Position numbers and translations under genes: made by a program
Shown: positions 26,164 to 38,424 of the stretch, piece by piece
Numbering within the stretch: position 1 is the stretch's first letter
Layout: every line of letters starts with the position of its first letter
Assembly: GCA_001179505.1 (NCBI GenBank)
Contig: CDMY01000305.1
Coordinates: 62,001-126,000 of the forward strand
Direction of reading: 5' to 3'
Length of the DNA: 64,000 bases
Source: Vitrella brassicaformis CCMP3155
Taxonomy: Eukaryota > Protista > Chromerida
The notes under the pieces: model-generated
Seen by the model: only the letters and a program-made list of their open reading frames with translations
What the model was told of the DNA's origin: nothing
Database searches by the model: none

Positions 26164-29100
26164 CTACCACACACGACACCTGTGCTGCAGTGCTGCTGGC
26201 GGCGTGTTGATGGGGTCGTTCTCCCTGCAGACGAAGGCCTCCGAGAAATCCTGAGAGTTCTGCAGCACACCCAGCGCCCGGAACATGCCAGGGCTGTGGG
26301 GGTCCGTACCAACACGCCTGTGGCCCCACAACACACACGCCACGCCATGATGGATGGATGGTGTCTCTGTGTGTGTGTGTGTTCGGGTGGGTGCGGGGGG
26401 TGCGGACCGTTTGAGAGTGGCGGGAGTGTACACGGAGCACCATGTCTGCGCCCATGAGACGTAGAAGAGCTGCTCGACTGTCATGTCCATATCCGCCAGA
26501 GGCTTCACAGACGAGAAGTCGGCACCCAGCTTCTTCTTCAATGCCCTGCAGACAGACAGACAGACAGACAGACGCACAGACAGTCCATCAGTCAATCGGC
26601 TTATCGATCCATCTGCCGCCAACTCACTCACACACGCACTCACAGACTCACCTTTTCGCGAGTTGGAATCCGCCGTTGTCGGCGATGTTTTCTCCGAGGG
26701 TGAGGTTGCCGTTGAGCATCAGCCCCGCCACCTCAGGAGTCTCGAACGAACCATACTGCTGAACCATGCACGACGTCGCGGTCTGGAACGCCGACTGAAG
26801 ACACATCCATCACCGAGCAATCCATCCATCCATTATGTGGAAGGGGGTAAGGAAATGCCTGTCTCAGATGGTGGCTGGGCTCACCGACCTCTGATTTGTT
26901 TGTCCACCATCTGCTGAGCCTGCCCTCGCCGTCGAACTGCGCCCCGGCGTCGTCGAATGCGTGGGTGAGCTCGTGGCCCATGACGGCCCCGACCGCGCCG
27001 TAGTTGAGTGCCTCGAGGGCCAGCTTGTGGGACGCGTCGATGTCGTCGGCAAAACCACGCATAAAGGGCGTTCGAAGGATGCCACCCAGGAACACCTAAA
27101 CACACACGCAGAGGAGACACACAGGGGGATGGATAGCAATGACGTCGACCGCCTCGTTCGTCCACTGGCGGACTGACCATTTCGTTGAGTGATCTGGAGT
27201 AGTAGGCGTTGACAGTGGTGGGGGGCATTCCCCATATGGTCTCGTCAGGCTCCTTGCCCAAATCAGACATGCCGTATAGCGTCTGTTGGTTGGGGCATTC
27301 AACCACACACACACACACACACACGCGCACACATGGGACGCGACCAATCGAATGCGTGACGAGGGCAAATGCCGTGCATGTGAGTGATGATGCTTACGGA
27401 GGCGTGGTTGAGGTATTCGCTGAGCTTGAAGAGGTCCGTGAAGGTGTCCTTCTTGTCCTCTGATGGCTTGAGTGGCAGGTCGCCGTAGAACCTCCTGAAG
27501 TAGGAGGTGTAGCCCTTGGCCTCGTCCTCGTCGAGCAGCCAGTCGGGGTAGTCGATCTTCTGGTTCATGATCCGCTCCTTCTCCAAGGCACCCTCCCTAC
27601 ACACACACACCACTTATGTGTGTTTGGTTGAAAGGGGGGAGGTGTCTGTGGCGGCTGACTTGGTCTCGTCGTCCATCCATGAGAGCTCATTGAGGTCGTC
27701 CCGGAAGGCCTCGCGCACACTCGAAAGCATCTCCTCGGCTATTTGCTGCGCGCACCACGACACAGCACAGCACACCAGCACACCACATAGAGACACAGGC
27801 AGCTAGCACTGGTGCGCATCCCTCGCTGCCACCCGTCCCGTGCGCCCATTTATTTACCTTGCTGTTTGGTGTTGATTTCTTGAGGACAAACTCGCGTGCG
27901 AGCACCCATCCGACGGTCGACTTGGTGGCGTCGACGCACTGCTTCCACCGCGGCTTGGGGTCGACGTCGTACAGCTTCTTCTCGAAGGAATAGAACTCCT
28001 CACGGAAGTCCTTGCTGAGGTAGTCGGACCACCTGATGGATAGACGCGATGTATGTCATCACACACAAGGGGTATGCGTGTGTGCGCGCGCGTGTGTGTG
28101 AGTGGTCAGCGGTGCGTACGCTCTCATGGTTCTGAGAAGGAAGTAGTCGTTCATGGTGTCCCGATCCGCCTCGGCCATGAGCTTGTCGACGTTGGCGAAG
28201 TACTCGACATTGTGGACCACCACCGTGCTGCCCATCTTCATGGCGCCCTCCGGCAGGTACCCCATCTCCTCGTAAGACCCAAAATACTTGGCCCAGTCGA
28301 AGTGGGGCATCTTGTCCTGGATCTGCTTCAAGCTCCGCTGGTTGGTCGTCGCAATCGGGTCGCGCAGCATCTCGGGCCCGAGGGTAATCTTGTGCAGCTC
28401 CTTCTCAAGGGAAAGCACCTTCTCGGCCCGCTTCCTGTTCTCGCTGCTACTGTCGCTGTCGTCTGCTTGTGCGCGCCGCCTGAGTGCGTTGTGTTCCTGC
28501 TTGCGGGAGGCCGTCATGACCTGGATCTCGGATGGGTCGGCGATGTGTTTGTCGATGAGGTCGAAGAGGTTGGTGATGTGCTCCAGGTAGGGCTTCTCGG
28601 CGGCATCGTCATCGTATTGCGAGTAAGAAAGGCCGAGACCATCCTGTCAGAAGAAAAGAGAGAGAGAGACCGTGTCTACGTGTGTCTGAGGGTGGTGTCT
28701 CAGTGTGTCTACGGACCTGCCAGAGGTACATTTGTTGTTTCTTGGTCTCAGCGAGTGGGTTCATGGACGGCCCCACGGTGACAAAGGCCGACACGCCCCT
28801 CGCGTGCAGCCGCGCCAGCTGTTCCGCCAAGTCCCCCCGACCTTTCTCCGCTGAATGAAATGAATCACCACACACATCACACAACACAACACACTATCCT
28901 GCCTGCGTTGTGTTGTGTGTGGGTGCTGTGCTCACTGTCGAAGTCTTTCGCCATTGCCGGGGGATTGAGGTCCCTTGCGGTGCGATACTGTTCGAAAGCT
29001 GGGAGGGATAGGAAAAATGGGACCTCCCTCTCCATGAAGTTCAGCAGGGGCGTCATCCCCTTCCTGTCCAGCGTTGCCTCGTCCATGCACGACTGACACA

Positions 29101-29675
29101 CACACACACACACGAGGGGGCAAGCCGCAGACAGACAGACCGTTGCGTAAGAAATGGCGACTCACACTACCTGTCCTGTGTGTGAGTATAGCTGACTGAC
29201 CTGGTGATAGCAGTGCATGAGCTGTGTCCACTGCTCATCGCCCGTGACCTCCTTGTCGAAGGTGCACTTGGTGGCACCGTCGGCCTCCTCTATCAGCTCC
29301 TGCAAGGCGTTGCGCGTGTCGTTGGCGATCTGGGAGAACGACAGCGTCCACGACGACTGATCGGCGGGTAGCTCGAAACTCTCAAGCCAGCTCCCACACG
29401 CGAAGTGATACGGGTCCTGCAGACACAGGCGACACACCAACACGAGAACACACGGAACACACCCGTACATCGCCCCCAAATACACAGACACACTCGCACA
29501 CATCCCTCTGGCACAGGGGAAAGGTCCCTCTCACCGAACAAGGGTCGACGTTAGTGTCCATGTGTTTTTTGATGTCCCTTGCTAGCGCCCCGCATTCCTG
29601 GGTATCGCATGGCTCGGCAGCGGCCGCGTGTGCGGCGAGGAGGACGGACACCAGACCCAGGATGACGGAGAGCAT
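26164..29675 (-). CDS. M13 family zinc metallopeptidase (neprilysin/ECE-like) with a signal peptide
   Basis: MLSVILGLVSVLLAAHAAAAEPCDTQEC...MDTNVDPC|QDPYHFACGSW, VNAYY, GHELTHAFDD (HExxH), LTLGENIADNGG (ExxxD), LFYVSWAQTWC, DPHSP...GVLQNSQDFSEAFVC. Confidence 0.95.
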
Positions 29676-29724
29676 CGGGACACTTCGGAGAGGGGGTGGG
29701 GTGGGAGGGGGAAGAAAAGCGGGG

Positions 29725-29800
29725 TCGTCCTCTTCTTTCCTCCTCTTCTTTCCTTTCGTCCTCTTCTTTCCTTTCGTCCTCTTCTTTCCTTCTTCCTTCT
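29725..29800. repeat. Polypyrimidine/polypurine 18-bp minisatellite in a divergent promoter or 5' UTR
   Basis: tcgtcctcttctttcctt perfect at 29756-29773 and 29774-29791, with truncated copies at 29725-29755. Confidence 0.85.
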
Positions 29801-29845
29801 CCCAACCTCACTCAAACGAATTCGCCGACCGTTGAGAAAGGACTC

Positions 29846-29854
29846 AAACCCTAA
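29846..29854 (+). promoter_or_regulatory. Telo-box-like motif AAACCCTAA in a divergent promoter
   Basis: Exact aaaccctaa between the M13 ATG (29675) and the next ATG (29882). Its function is inferred only. Confidence 0.4.
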
Positions 29855-29881
29855 GCCCCGGCAACCCTGGACCCCGCGACA

Positions 29882-31382
29882 ATGGCCGTGAGTCCCTGCC
29901 ACCCACAGGCGAAGTTGGGTGATGAGCCCCTTGCTGCTGTAGATTCACCACAGGTACATCTATAAACACAAACCATCATGACGTTTGATGAATCACTCCT
30001 GTTGCTTTCGCCCTTCGCTTCAGGCCGCCCTCCGACAGCCACTCGGCCTTTTTGACCTGCCTCCGGACGTCGACAATCAGATCTTCCCTTTTCTCGGCGA
30101 ATACCGGGTCTTCATCCTCGCCCGCACCCGCTGCACATGCCGCCGAGGCACACAGCATGTGTCTGCCGACTACCTGAGGAGGCAAATGACGCCCAGCTCG
30201 CCATGAAGCGCATCAGGCACATCATCTCCCTCTCCCATGGCCTGAGATCTATCAATTACCTGCTACAGATACTTTATGTGATCGCGAAGAGCGGCGACTG
30301 GGATGGCTGGGAGCCACTCGTGAGGGTGGCGATGCACCAGGGGCGAGGGGAGGGGCGGTTGCCGATGGAGCTGACCAGTGCTGATGTGGAGGGGGTGGGC
30401 AGCCGGGCCGTGTATGATGGGCGGCGTGACGCGCTGCGGCAGCTGTCGCTCATCGGCCGCCACCTCAGCCGAGCGGGCCAGAGTGACATCACACTCGAGC
30501 GCGTCAACGGCGAGGACCGGCTGGGCGGGTCGCGGCTCACCATCAGCACCCTCCAGACACTGCCGGCCAACAGCCCCTTCCGTGAGATATTCGACGAGAA
30601 CAGCCCCGTGTGTGAGATGAGAGGTGGGGGGAGGGGGGCGGGGGCGTGGGAGGGGAAGAGGTGGAGGATGGGAAAGGGGATGGTCTGTTTGCTTGCCTGC
30701 AGGTTTTGAGGTTGCTTCAGTTCACGACGCTGTACTGCGAGAGTAAGAAAATGGGAGTACGAGTAGACACGTTGCGTTGGCTGCATCGCCCGCTGTGTAA
30801 TTCAATTGGTCGTGTGTGTGTTCAGGATACGGGGAGGGTCCCAGGTCGCCGTCCACTTCGCCTACGATCACAGCGACCCGGCACGCCACAGCCGACGGGT
30901 GGGTCGGTCAGCCAGCCGGACACACACAAGAGCCTCACCCACTAGCTGCCCCGCTCATTGACTGACTCATGTGTGTCTTCTCCTTTCTCCTTTCTCCTTT
31001 GCAGCGTGCCCTGGGCACCCAGCAGCCACCCGTGTGGAACTGTCAGACCGTCGGCACCATGCACAGAGGAGACACCTTCATTCGCGTCATCGTCCTGCAT
31101 GGTGACCAGCCCGAAGACACATTTGAGTCACACATCATCATCCACAGCGTCTTCAACAATGCATGGACCTTCCTCTTCACGACGGAGCCGCCCGCGGCCG
31201 GCAGGGAGGGAGCTGCGAGGTTCCCGCGGACATTGATAGTAGCGCGGCAGGTGATGGGGGCCGATGCACAAGTGCTGTTTGGTGGCCAACTAGATATAGC
31301 TCTCCCCCCTGCCGGTGATGGTCAGGATGGCGAGCAGAACGCAGGCAAGTACAGGAAGGGGCGGGCGACGAATGAGCAATGA
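29882..31382 (+). pseudogene. Lineage-specific hypothetical protein with an F-box-like N-terminus and an apparent -1 frameshift near 30187
   Basis: Approximate exons 29882-29953, 30024-30623, 30703-30742, 30826-30898, 31004-31382. LFDLPPDVDNQIFPFL...VSADYLRRQ continues in another frame as DAQLAMKRIRHII. C-terminus FTTEPPAAGREGAARFPRTLIVARQVMGA. Confidence 0.55.
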
Positions 31383-32215
31383 GTGGATGGCTGTGATAGG
31401 GCCCACGTGGATGTGTGGCTGTCTGTCTGCAGGTCCTCCTGCTCCTGTGGCCCCCTCATCGTCTGTTGCTCCACGTTTGGGTTGGATGGCCTCCCCTCCG
31501 CAACATACGAATGGTACACACGAAGGCGTACACACGGACGGACACCACATATGCATTGCATTGCGCGGTGTGTGGTGTGCTGCGTGCAGCTGACTTGGGT
31601 GGCATTGCGGTGTCGTCACCTTCTGCCGCCCCAGCTGCGGCCCCAGCTGCTGCTGGGGCTGGCAATCGTGGCGAGAAGCGCAAGGCGGCTGCGTCATCGG
31701 TATCGAGCGGTGGCGATGGCGGAGAGGGTGACACAGTGGTCGACGAAAGACGGGCGCCAAGGCCGCGTCGCGATCAGGCGCCGAGGAGCGACCATGGCAG
31801 CAGCATGATGATGAACGATCGTGAGTAGCTGACTGACTGACATCACATATGTGGTGACGACGTTTCTTGCCCTCTGCATGACATGACTGGTGGGTGGTGC
31901 ATGGTCACATCATTCACGGGCGCGTGGTGTGTGTGGAAACGTCGAATGCCAATCACCAGCCAGTCGCTGATCACGATATCTATTGAGTCGTGATTCACTC
32001 ACACAATTAATTGTCCGCGAGCACCAAGACAGCAGAGGGCAGGCATAGCACGCAGCACGGCATACAACGGTCCCACCAATGCAGGCCTTCTCGGTGGCTC
32101 ATTCCTCATACATCACCAACACAGACGAAAAACACATAGCTGGCACCAGCTGCGTGAAGCTAGACGTCACACACGAAACACACACCACCGCAGAACCGCC
32201 AGCACATGCACTATC

Positions 32216-34649
32216 TCACTCAGCCGGCCCCTGTGTGGCTGCCTCGGGTGCTGCATCATCAGGAAACAGGCCGACATCAAACCTATGCGCATATCGGCGC
32301 AGCTGCCTGCCCGAACGCAGCGCAAACCCGGCCCTCTCTGCCTCCTCTTGGTTGAGCTCCTGGCGTCCATCCCACATCAGACGGATGCCGTGGCAGAGAG
32401 AGAGCTCTCTCACTCTCATCTCGTACTTCGGCAGCCTGTCGCGGAGCTCCCCGCGCAGCCCGGCCCTCCGCACGGTGTGGGTGTGGTCGTGCATCTGCGC
32501 GAATGTCTGCTTGACAGCGTCCGTGTCTCGGGGCCGCGGGAAGTGGTTGGCGGATATGAGCACGTTCGTCAGGTGGGCCTCGGCCGGAGCGACGCACCGG
32601 ATGAAGCGAAAGATGGACGTGAGCTCCTCACGCACCTGATGACGCACACAGATACAACCAATAAGCAACGGAACATTTGGATGTCCATTTGCAAGTGCGT
32701 CCGTTTTCCCCTCTTTCCACCTGCGTGATCTGTTGTGCGTCGTCAGTGAAGGTGTTGGTCTTCACGGCCACCGTGAATCTCGTGATCCGTCCATAGTCGC
32801 GCACGAGGGCGGGAGGGGGTGCAATTACGACTGGCAGCGTGTCCTCCCCCCACCCGTATCCCAACTGCCCCGCCACCTCCATCTCGACCTCCTGCAGTGG
32901 CGGGTCATCTGGCCCCCGTCCGGCGGCCAAATAGGCCAGCAGCTCAGACGCCATGATGCCATCGATGCACCGAATGGTGACACGCTCGACGGACGGCAGT
33001 CTCGACAAAAAGCCGCTCAGCGGGTTCGGTGTGGACGGGACGAAGAGGCTGTCTGGCGGCGGGTTCGTGTTGCCCACACGGCAGAGCTCGAGGTGCGTGA
33101 CGGCCGCCAGGGCACCGTCCCCGCCGAGCCACTCAGGGAGTGACGCAAAGGAGAGCTCGTCAGAGTCGGGGTTCTGGTATGCCACCTCGAGACGCTTGAC
33201 GTCGCCAAAGGCCATATCGCGGAAGAGGGGGCTGATTGCTGATGTGTTGTCGCCGTTGTCATAGAAGACCTTCACCTCACTCCCACCTCTGCTGTGTCGC
33301 TTGATGCTGTCCACCAACGAACGCCTCTTGGGCAGCCGACGGCACGGGTGCGCCGGGTGGGGGGTCGGGCAGCCCGTGTTCCCGATAGGTGGACGTGCAG
33401 TCCAAGATGGTCATGCCTCCGTCCCTGACGACATCCCAGCCCCTCTGCTCTGCTGTCTGGATGAGATGCAGGGTTGTGGTGCGCCCCGGGGCCGATATGC
33501 CGTACGGCAGACTGGGGTCGACTTTGATCGGACAGAAGTGCCGAAGCTGGCGCCTGTTTGGTGGCTGTCTGGTGTACGGGGCCGTGCTGCTGCTGCTGCT
33601 GTTGCTGCTGCTGGTCTGTGGGTGAGATGGGGGGTGCGGAGAGAGGTGTCGCAGGAGGGCCTCGGCCACTGCTGCCGGTCGGCGCTGCCAAAAGACATCG
33701 GCCGTCATGACGTTGCCCGCCTTTTGCAGGTAGGACGAGAGATGATCCGACGATATGTCATCATTGTACATCAGCAGATGGCCGAGATGCTGCAGCTTCG
33801 TTCCGGTGTTGCGCAGGGCCCCCACAGTCCGGTGCATGTCGATTGTCGGCGTGGCGCGGTTGGCTGGGTGCTGGGGGTCGATGTACTCCGGGGGATGGCC
33901 CTCGTCGAACACCAGGGGAAAGACGTTGAGATGCGTCAGATCGGGAGAGGAACCGATGATGTGCGCCAGGCCGAGATCGAGAGCCGTGATGTTGAGGGAG
34001 TCATGGAGATGCAGCCGCATCTGTGTCTCAAACAGCCCCATGAACGACTCAGTGGCGAGCAGCCAGACAGACGACGGAGGGCCGGAAAGACGCACCGGTG
34101 CCGATACAGCATCAGCAGTGCCTCCATGCTGTTGACCTCCAGTGACGTGACGGCGGGGAACACGACATGGTCATCCCCATCGAGCTGCGAAACATCAGCC
34201 CCACCAGCCTGGCGCTCCCCGACAGTCTCCTTCCCCCCGTCACGCCCGAGCTGGATGATCTTGACCTCCTTGAGGGTCTCGCGGTGCTGCAGCAGACTGC
34301 CTATCGACCGCTCAAACACCGCCTCTCGCACACTCGTCATCTTGGCCGGCATGACCACAAGTGCCTGCTGCCCGCCACCTGCTGCACCGTCACCATCACC
34401 GCCGCCAGCTGAGCTGCTGCTCAAATCCCCGGCGTTCTGTCCGCCGACGGCATTGTTGACGACACAGATGAGGCCGCGGATGGCATGGTTGACGGCGCGG
34501 CAGACGGCCGTCAACGACAGACGCTCCCTCGTAGCGAAGAAGGCGCAGATCTGCCACAACAGGGTCCGGCGATCCAGCACAGAGATCAGCCCGGGCGGCG
34601 GTGTTGGTTGGTCTGCCTCGCCGCCGGCAGTCACGTCAGGGCTCTGCAT
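32216..34649 (-). pseudogene. Lineage-specific F-box-like/LRR-like hypothetical protein with two compensating frame breaks
   Basis: Three overlapping protein-like ORFs (33936-34649, 33277-34095, 32628-33317) plus a spliced last exon (about 32216-32637). N-terminus LISVLDRRTLLWQICAFFATRERLSLTAVCR; FPAVTSL, FPALRRL and LPSVERV repeats. Confidence 0.55.
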
Positions 34650-35164
34650 GCTGGGAATCTTCCACCAACTGCCGACTCACAGCGCTCACTACCAGCTCAC
34701 TACCGTCGAGTCGCCTAAATGGCGCACAGACAAACACACATGCATCGAGATCAATGTGCCGGCGGATGAAGGCTGCTTACTGGGGATGTGCTGCGGCTGC
34801 ATCTCACCCTGTGATCGCAAAGAGGGTTCGTTGTGTAGGGTTTTTGACCCTTCAGGGTTTGTGAAAACCCAACCCCTTACCGTCCCGCGCACTCACAGGT
34901 ACGTACGAAAGGCCGTCCGCGGCGGACTCCGCCTCTCTATACTACTATACCCCCCCTCCCAGACAGGCAGGCAGGCAGGCAGGTCGTCCCACCCATCAAT
35001 ACCCCTTCAACACCCCTCAATGCATTGTGTCTGAAGCATGCCTGCATCATATCAATCGTGCTGTGCTCGGCGAAATGATGCATGCATTGGCCGTGACGTG
35101 TCATGTGAATGTATGTCTGTAGGTGGGTGGTGCGCATTCGGTAACTAATTGTCGTTCGTGAGCC

Positions 35165-36586
35165 ATGGACGACGCGGTGGAGGAGGTCCAGCCTCAGCCG
35201 CAGCCGCAGGGAGGACAGCCGCAGGGACATGATGGGGCTGGAGGGGGAGGGCAGCAGCAGCAGCAGCAGCAGCAGCAGCCGCCGGGGGGTGTGTTGCAGA
35301 AGACCCACGGTCAGTATATGGAGCTGCTCAAGGACATCCTTCCTGTGGAGCCGATGCTCGTCTTCTTCTGCCAACACAGAGGTAGGTACTAAGTTACGTC
35401 CGCACGCACACACGCACGTTCGTGCAGTGAGTGCCCTGCACGCCCGCATATATCGATACGCTGCCTGTCTGCATGTTCCATCTCTCTCTGTCTCTCTGTA
35501 TGGTATATATGTGTCTGTCTGTAGATGCCGACTGGCAGTACATTTTCCGCGACGTGGTCAAGAAGGGCTGCCAGGGCTCCGCGCACCCCAAGCAGCGGCC
35601 CGTGGAGAAGGACTGCTCCCTCTGGCTTCTGCCGGGACAGTTCAGAGTGACCATTCCGCTGGACAACGATCGCATCAGCCGGCTCAACGCCCACCGGTGG
35701 GCCAAGATGGCCGTGGTCTGCGAGAAGATCCGGCTCATCGCGATCCGGTGGGACAAGTGGCTTCTCCTGAAGGCGCTCTCCAGCAACAAAAAAATCATCA
35801 CCGTCACGCACAAACACGTGGTACATACGCATCGCATACACACACGGTCAACTGATCGGGGTCAGTCAGTCAGCTGTGTGTACCTGTCTGTCTGTCTGTC
35901 TGTCTGTCTGTGGGCTGGCTGTCTGTCTGTCCGTGTGTGTGTGTCCGTGTGTGGAGCAGGAGAAGTTGTTTGAGAAGTACGAGAAGCAGCAGGTGGGCGC
36001 GATGCCCCTGGCGGTGCTTGAGTACGAGCTACTGGCGCTGGCGGGGCTCGGGGCGCCGCTGCACTCGATCACGTGGAGCTACCCCAATGGCGGCTGGGCG
36101 GAGCCGACCATCGATGCCATCAACTTCGCGACCGGCCGGCTGCACNNNNNNNNNNNNNNNNNNNNNNNNNNNNNNNNNNNNNNNNNNNNNNNNNNNNNNN
36201 NNNNNNNNNNNNNNNNNNNNNNNNNNNNNNNNNNNNNNNNNNNNNNNNNNNNNNNNNNNNNNNNNNNNNNNNNNNNNNNNNNNNNNNNNNNNNNNNNNNN
36301 NNNNNNNNNNNNNNNNNNNNNNNNNNNNNNNNNNNNNNNNNNNNNNNNNNNNNNNNNNNNNNNNNNNNNNNNNNNNNNNNNNNNNNNNNNNNNNNNNNNN
36401 NNNNNNNNNNNNNNNNNNNNNNNNNNNNNNNNNNNNNNNNNNNNNGACCTCAACCGTGTGCTGGACGGCCAGCACTCGGACAAGTACGCCGAGTACATCC
36501 GCCGCATCCGGGAGGCGGCCGCCCTGCCCGGCCTCACCGTCACCGTCACGACCAACCACAAATACCTCAACATGAACCTCCACTAG
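35165..36586 (+). CDS. Hypothetical protein, 3 exons, interrupted by an assembly gap
   Basis: MDDAVEEVQPQ...FCQHR|DADWQYIFRDVV...TVTHKH|EKLFEKYEKQ...INFATGRLH[gap]DLNRVLDGQH...NMNLH*. Codon usage is coding-like; no family recognised. Confidence 0.68.
36146..36445. other. Assembly gap (300 N)
   Basis: Run of N inside the last exon of the 35165-36586 gene. Confidence 0.99.
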
Positions 36587-37385
36587 GTACGTACGTACGT
36601 ACAGGCCTGGGCCGATAAATAGATTAGACAGACCATTACTGACTGAGAGTACATACATACATAATGCGGTCTGTGTGGTGTTTGTGCGTCTGTGTGTGAT
36701 CTGCCTGCCTGCCTGCAGTCGTGCACCTGACCGACCTGCTGGAGTGATTGAGTGAGTTCATCTGTCTGTCTGTCGGTCGGTCGGTCGGTCGGAGGGAGGG
36801 AGGAAGGGAGGGAGGGACCGAGGGGCTGCAGGCAGCGGAGAGGTTGCAAGCTTGGGGCGGGCAATGGGTGGATGGTGCCTCTGGCTGGCATGCATATATG
36901 TGTAGCTAGGGTGGGTGGTGGTTGCCCTGCCCCTTTTGCAAACAACACGCGTGACTGACTGAGTGAGTGAGTGAGGAAGGTCGATCGATCGACCGCTGTG
37001 GATAGCCGAGCCGGCCACCTGGTTGGACGGACGGACACATCTATCTCTGTGCAAACCTCCATGTAATGTTCACGTGTGTGTGTGCGTGTGGCGTGAGCTG
37101 TGCGTGTTGGTGGGTTGGAACGCTCATACACAAATACATACGGACGGATCCAGAAAATGACTTCCGTCAGTGCAGTTCTGCATCTCTTTCTCCAACCAGC
37201 GATTGATTCCTGGAACCCGGCCACACATATGAATGACACCAGGGCGCCTGCCGGGCGAGTGCACCGCGCACCTGGGTTAGGGTATGTGGGGTCAGGGGTT
37301 TTGGGTCAGATCTGAGGGGCTTGAGGCCTCAGGCAGTTGAGCAGAGCGGAGGGGAGGCGTACGTTGATTTGCATCGTCCACCGAT

Positions 37386-37892
37386 ATGAGGACGGTGCTG
37401 CAGCGGGTCATCCCTGCGGCCTCGACGCCCCGTTCGGTGTGTGTGCGCCACCTGGGCAACGCCGCACGCGGCCCCCCTCTCACGCCATACAACGTACACT
37501 CCCAATCAAGACACGACGAAAGAGGCGAAAGAGGCTGTGCTCATCTCGTGTGCCTGTCTGTGTGGGGATGGTACGTGTATGTGCAGGTGCCAGCCCACTT
37601 CCAGAATGCGTGTGATCTGTTCGTCAACCCGTCGAGCAGCTACAGCGGTTGGGTGCAGCAGTGCGAGTCGCTCCGGATGTTTGTCTTCTGGGGCGTCGTG
37701 GCCGGGGTGACCGTCGACCTCGTCAGCAACCCACCCAAGTCGTCCTACTGGCTGCGCTACTCGCCTCGCAGATGGGGCCCCGCACTCATGGGGATGTTCT
37801 CGGGCGGCAGGGGGGAGGGGCTGTTCCTAGAGGGACCGCTGCCCTTCTCGGTGGACGTGGGGCAGCTCTACAAGACAGAGATGAACAAGTGA
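37386..37892 (+). CDS. Small (about 137 aa) single-TM protein with a mitochondrial-type presequence
   Basis: Exons 37386-37493 and 37587-37892: MRTVLQRVIPAASTPRSVCVRHLGNAARGPPLTPYN|VPAHFQNACDLFVNPSSSYSGWVQQCESLRMFVFWGVVAGVTVDLVSNPPKSSYWLRYSPRRW...MNK*. Confidence 0.68.
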   Translation: MRTVLQRVIPAASTPRSVCVRHLGNAARGPPLTPYNVHSQSRHDERGERGCAHLVCLSVWGWYVYVQVPAHFQNACDLFVNPSSSYSGWVQQCESLRMFVFWGVVAGVTVDLVSNPPKSSYWLRYSPRRWGPALMGMFSGGRGEGLFLEGPLPFSVDVGQLYKTEMNK

Positions 37893-38424
37893 TCAGGCAG
37901 AGAGAGAGGGGAGAGAGGGAGGGTGTTGTAGTGAGTCTGGTTTGATTGTGTGTTTTTGTCTGTGCCGTGGCTGCTCGTTCTCGTCGGGTTCTTGAAGGAG
38001 GGCACAATCGGGTCCAAACGATTGACGCCCTCCTGTCGAGGTCGGCAGGAAGGACCAGTCTCGGCACAGCACGACTCACAGAGGAACTCAGGAAAGACTG
38101 CGTGTCCCATTTGGTTGTCTGTTCGGGTTAGGCAAGAGAGAGGGTGCTGTGTGCAATGTGATATCTTGACTGCGTGTGGCGGCTGTTGCTCAATCGGCGT
38201 CCGTCTCTCGCCGGTGGCTCAGACACAAAACGCCCGTTCGCACTGGGCGCCGTGTGGTCTGATCTACAGGCTTGGGACGGTCGCAGATCGAGTTGGGCTG
38301 TGACGAGTATTGGTTGGTAGGAAGAAGTGCTCCCCAGTTTGTGCGCGTGTACGTGTTGGTGGACAGACATCAACATTAATGCAGAGATGCGATGTACAAG
38401 CATTCGTTCGGGTCAGTCTGTCGC

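Noticed and set aside
33301-35034. 577-aa plus-strand ORF overlapping the minus-strand gene
   Set aside because: It is codon-aligned antisense to the frame-B coding segment for much of its length, has no protein-like motifs, and long stop-free antisense frames are expected in GC-rich coding DNA.
36587-36601. (GTAC)n palindrome directly after a stop codon
   Set aside because: Short self-complementary microsatellite with no further supporting structure.
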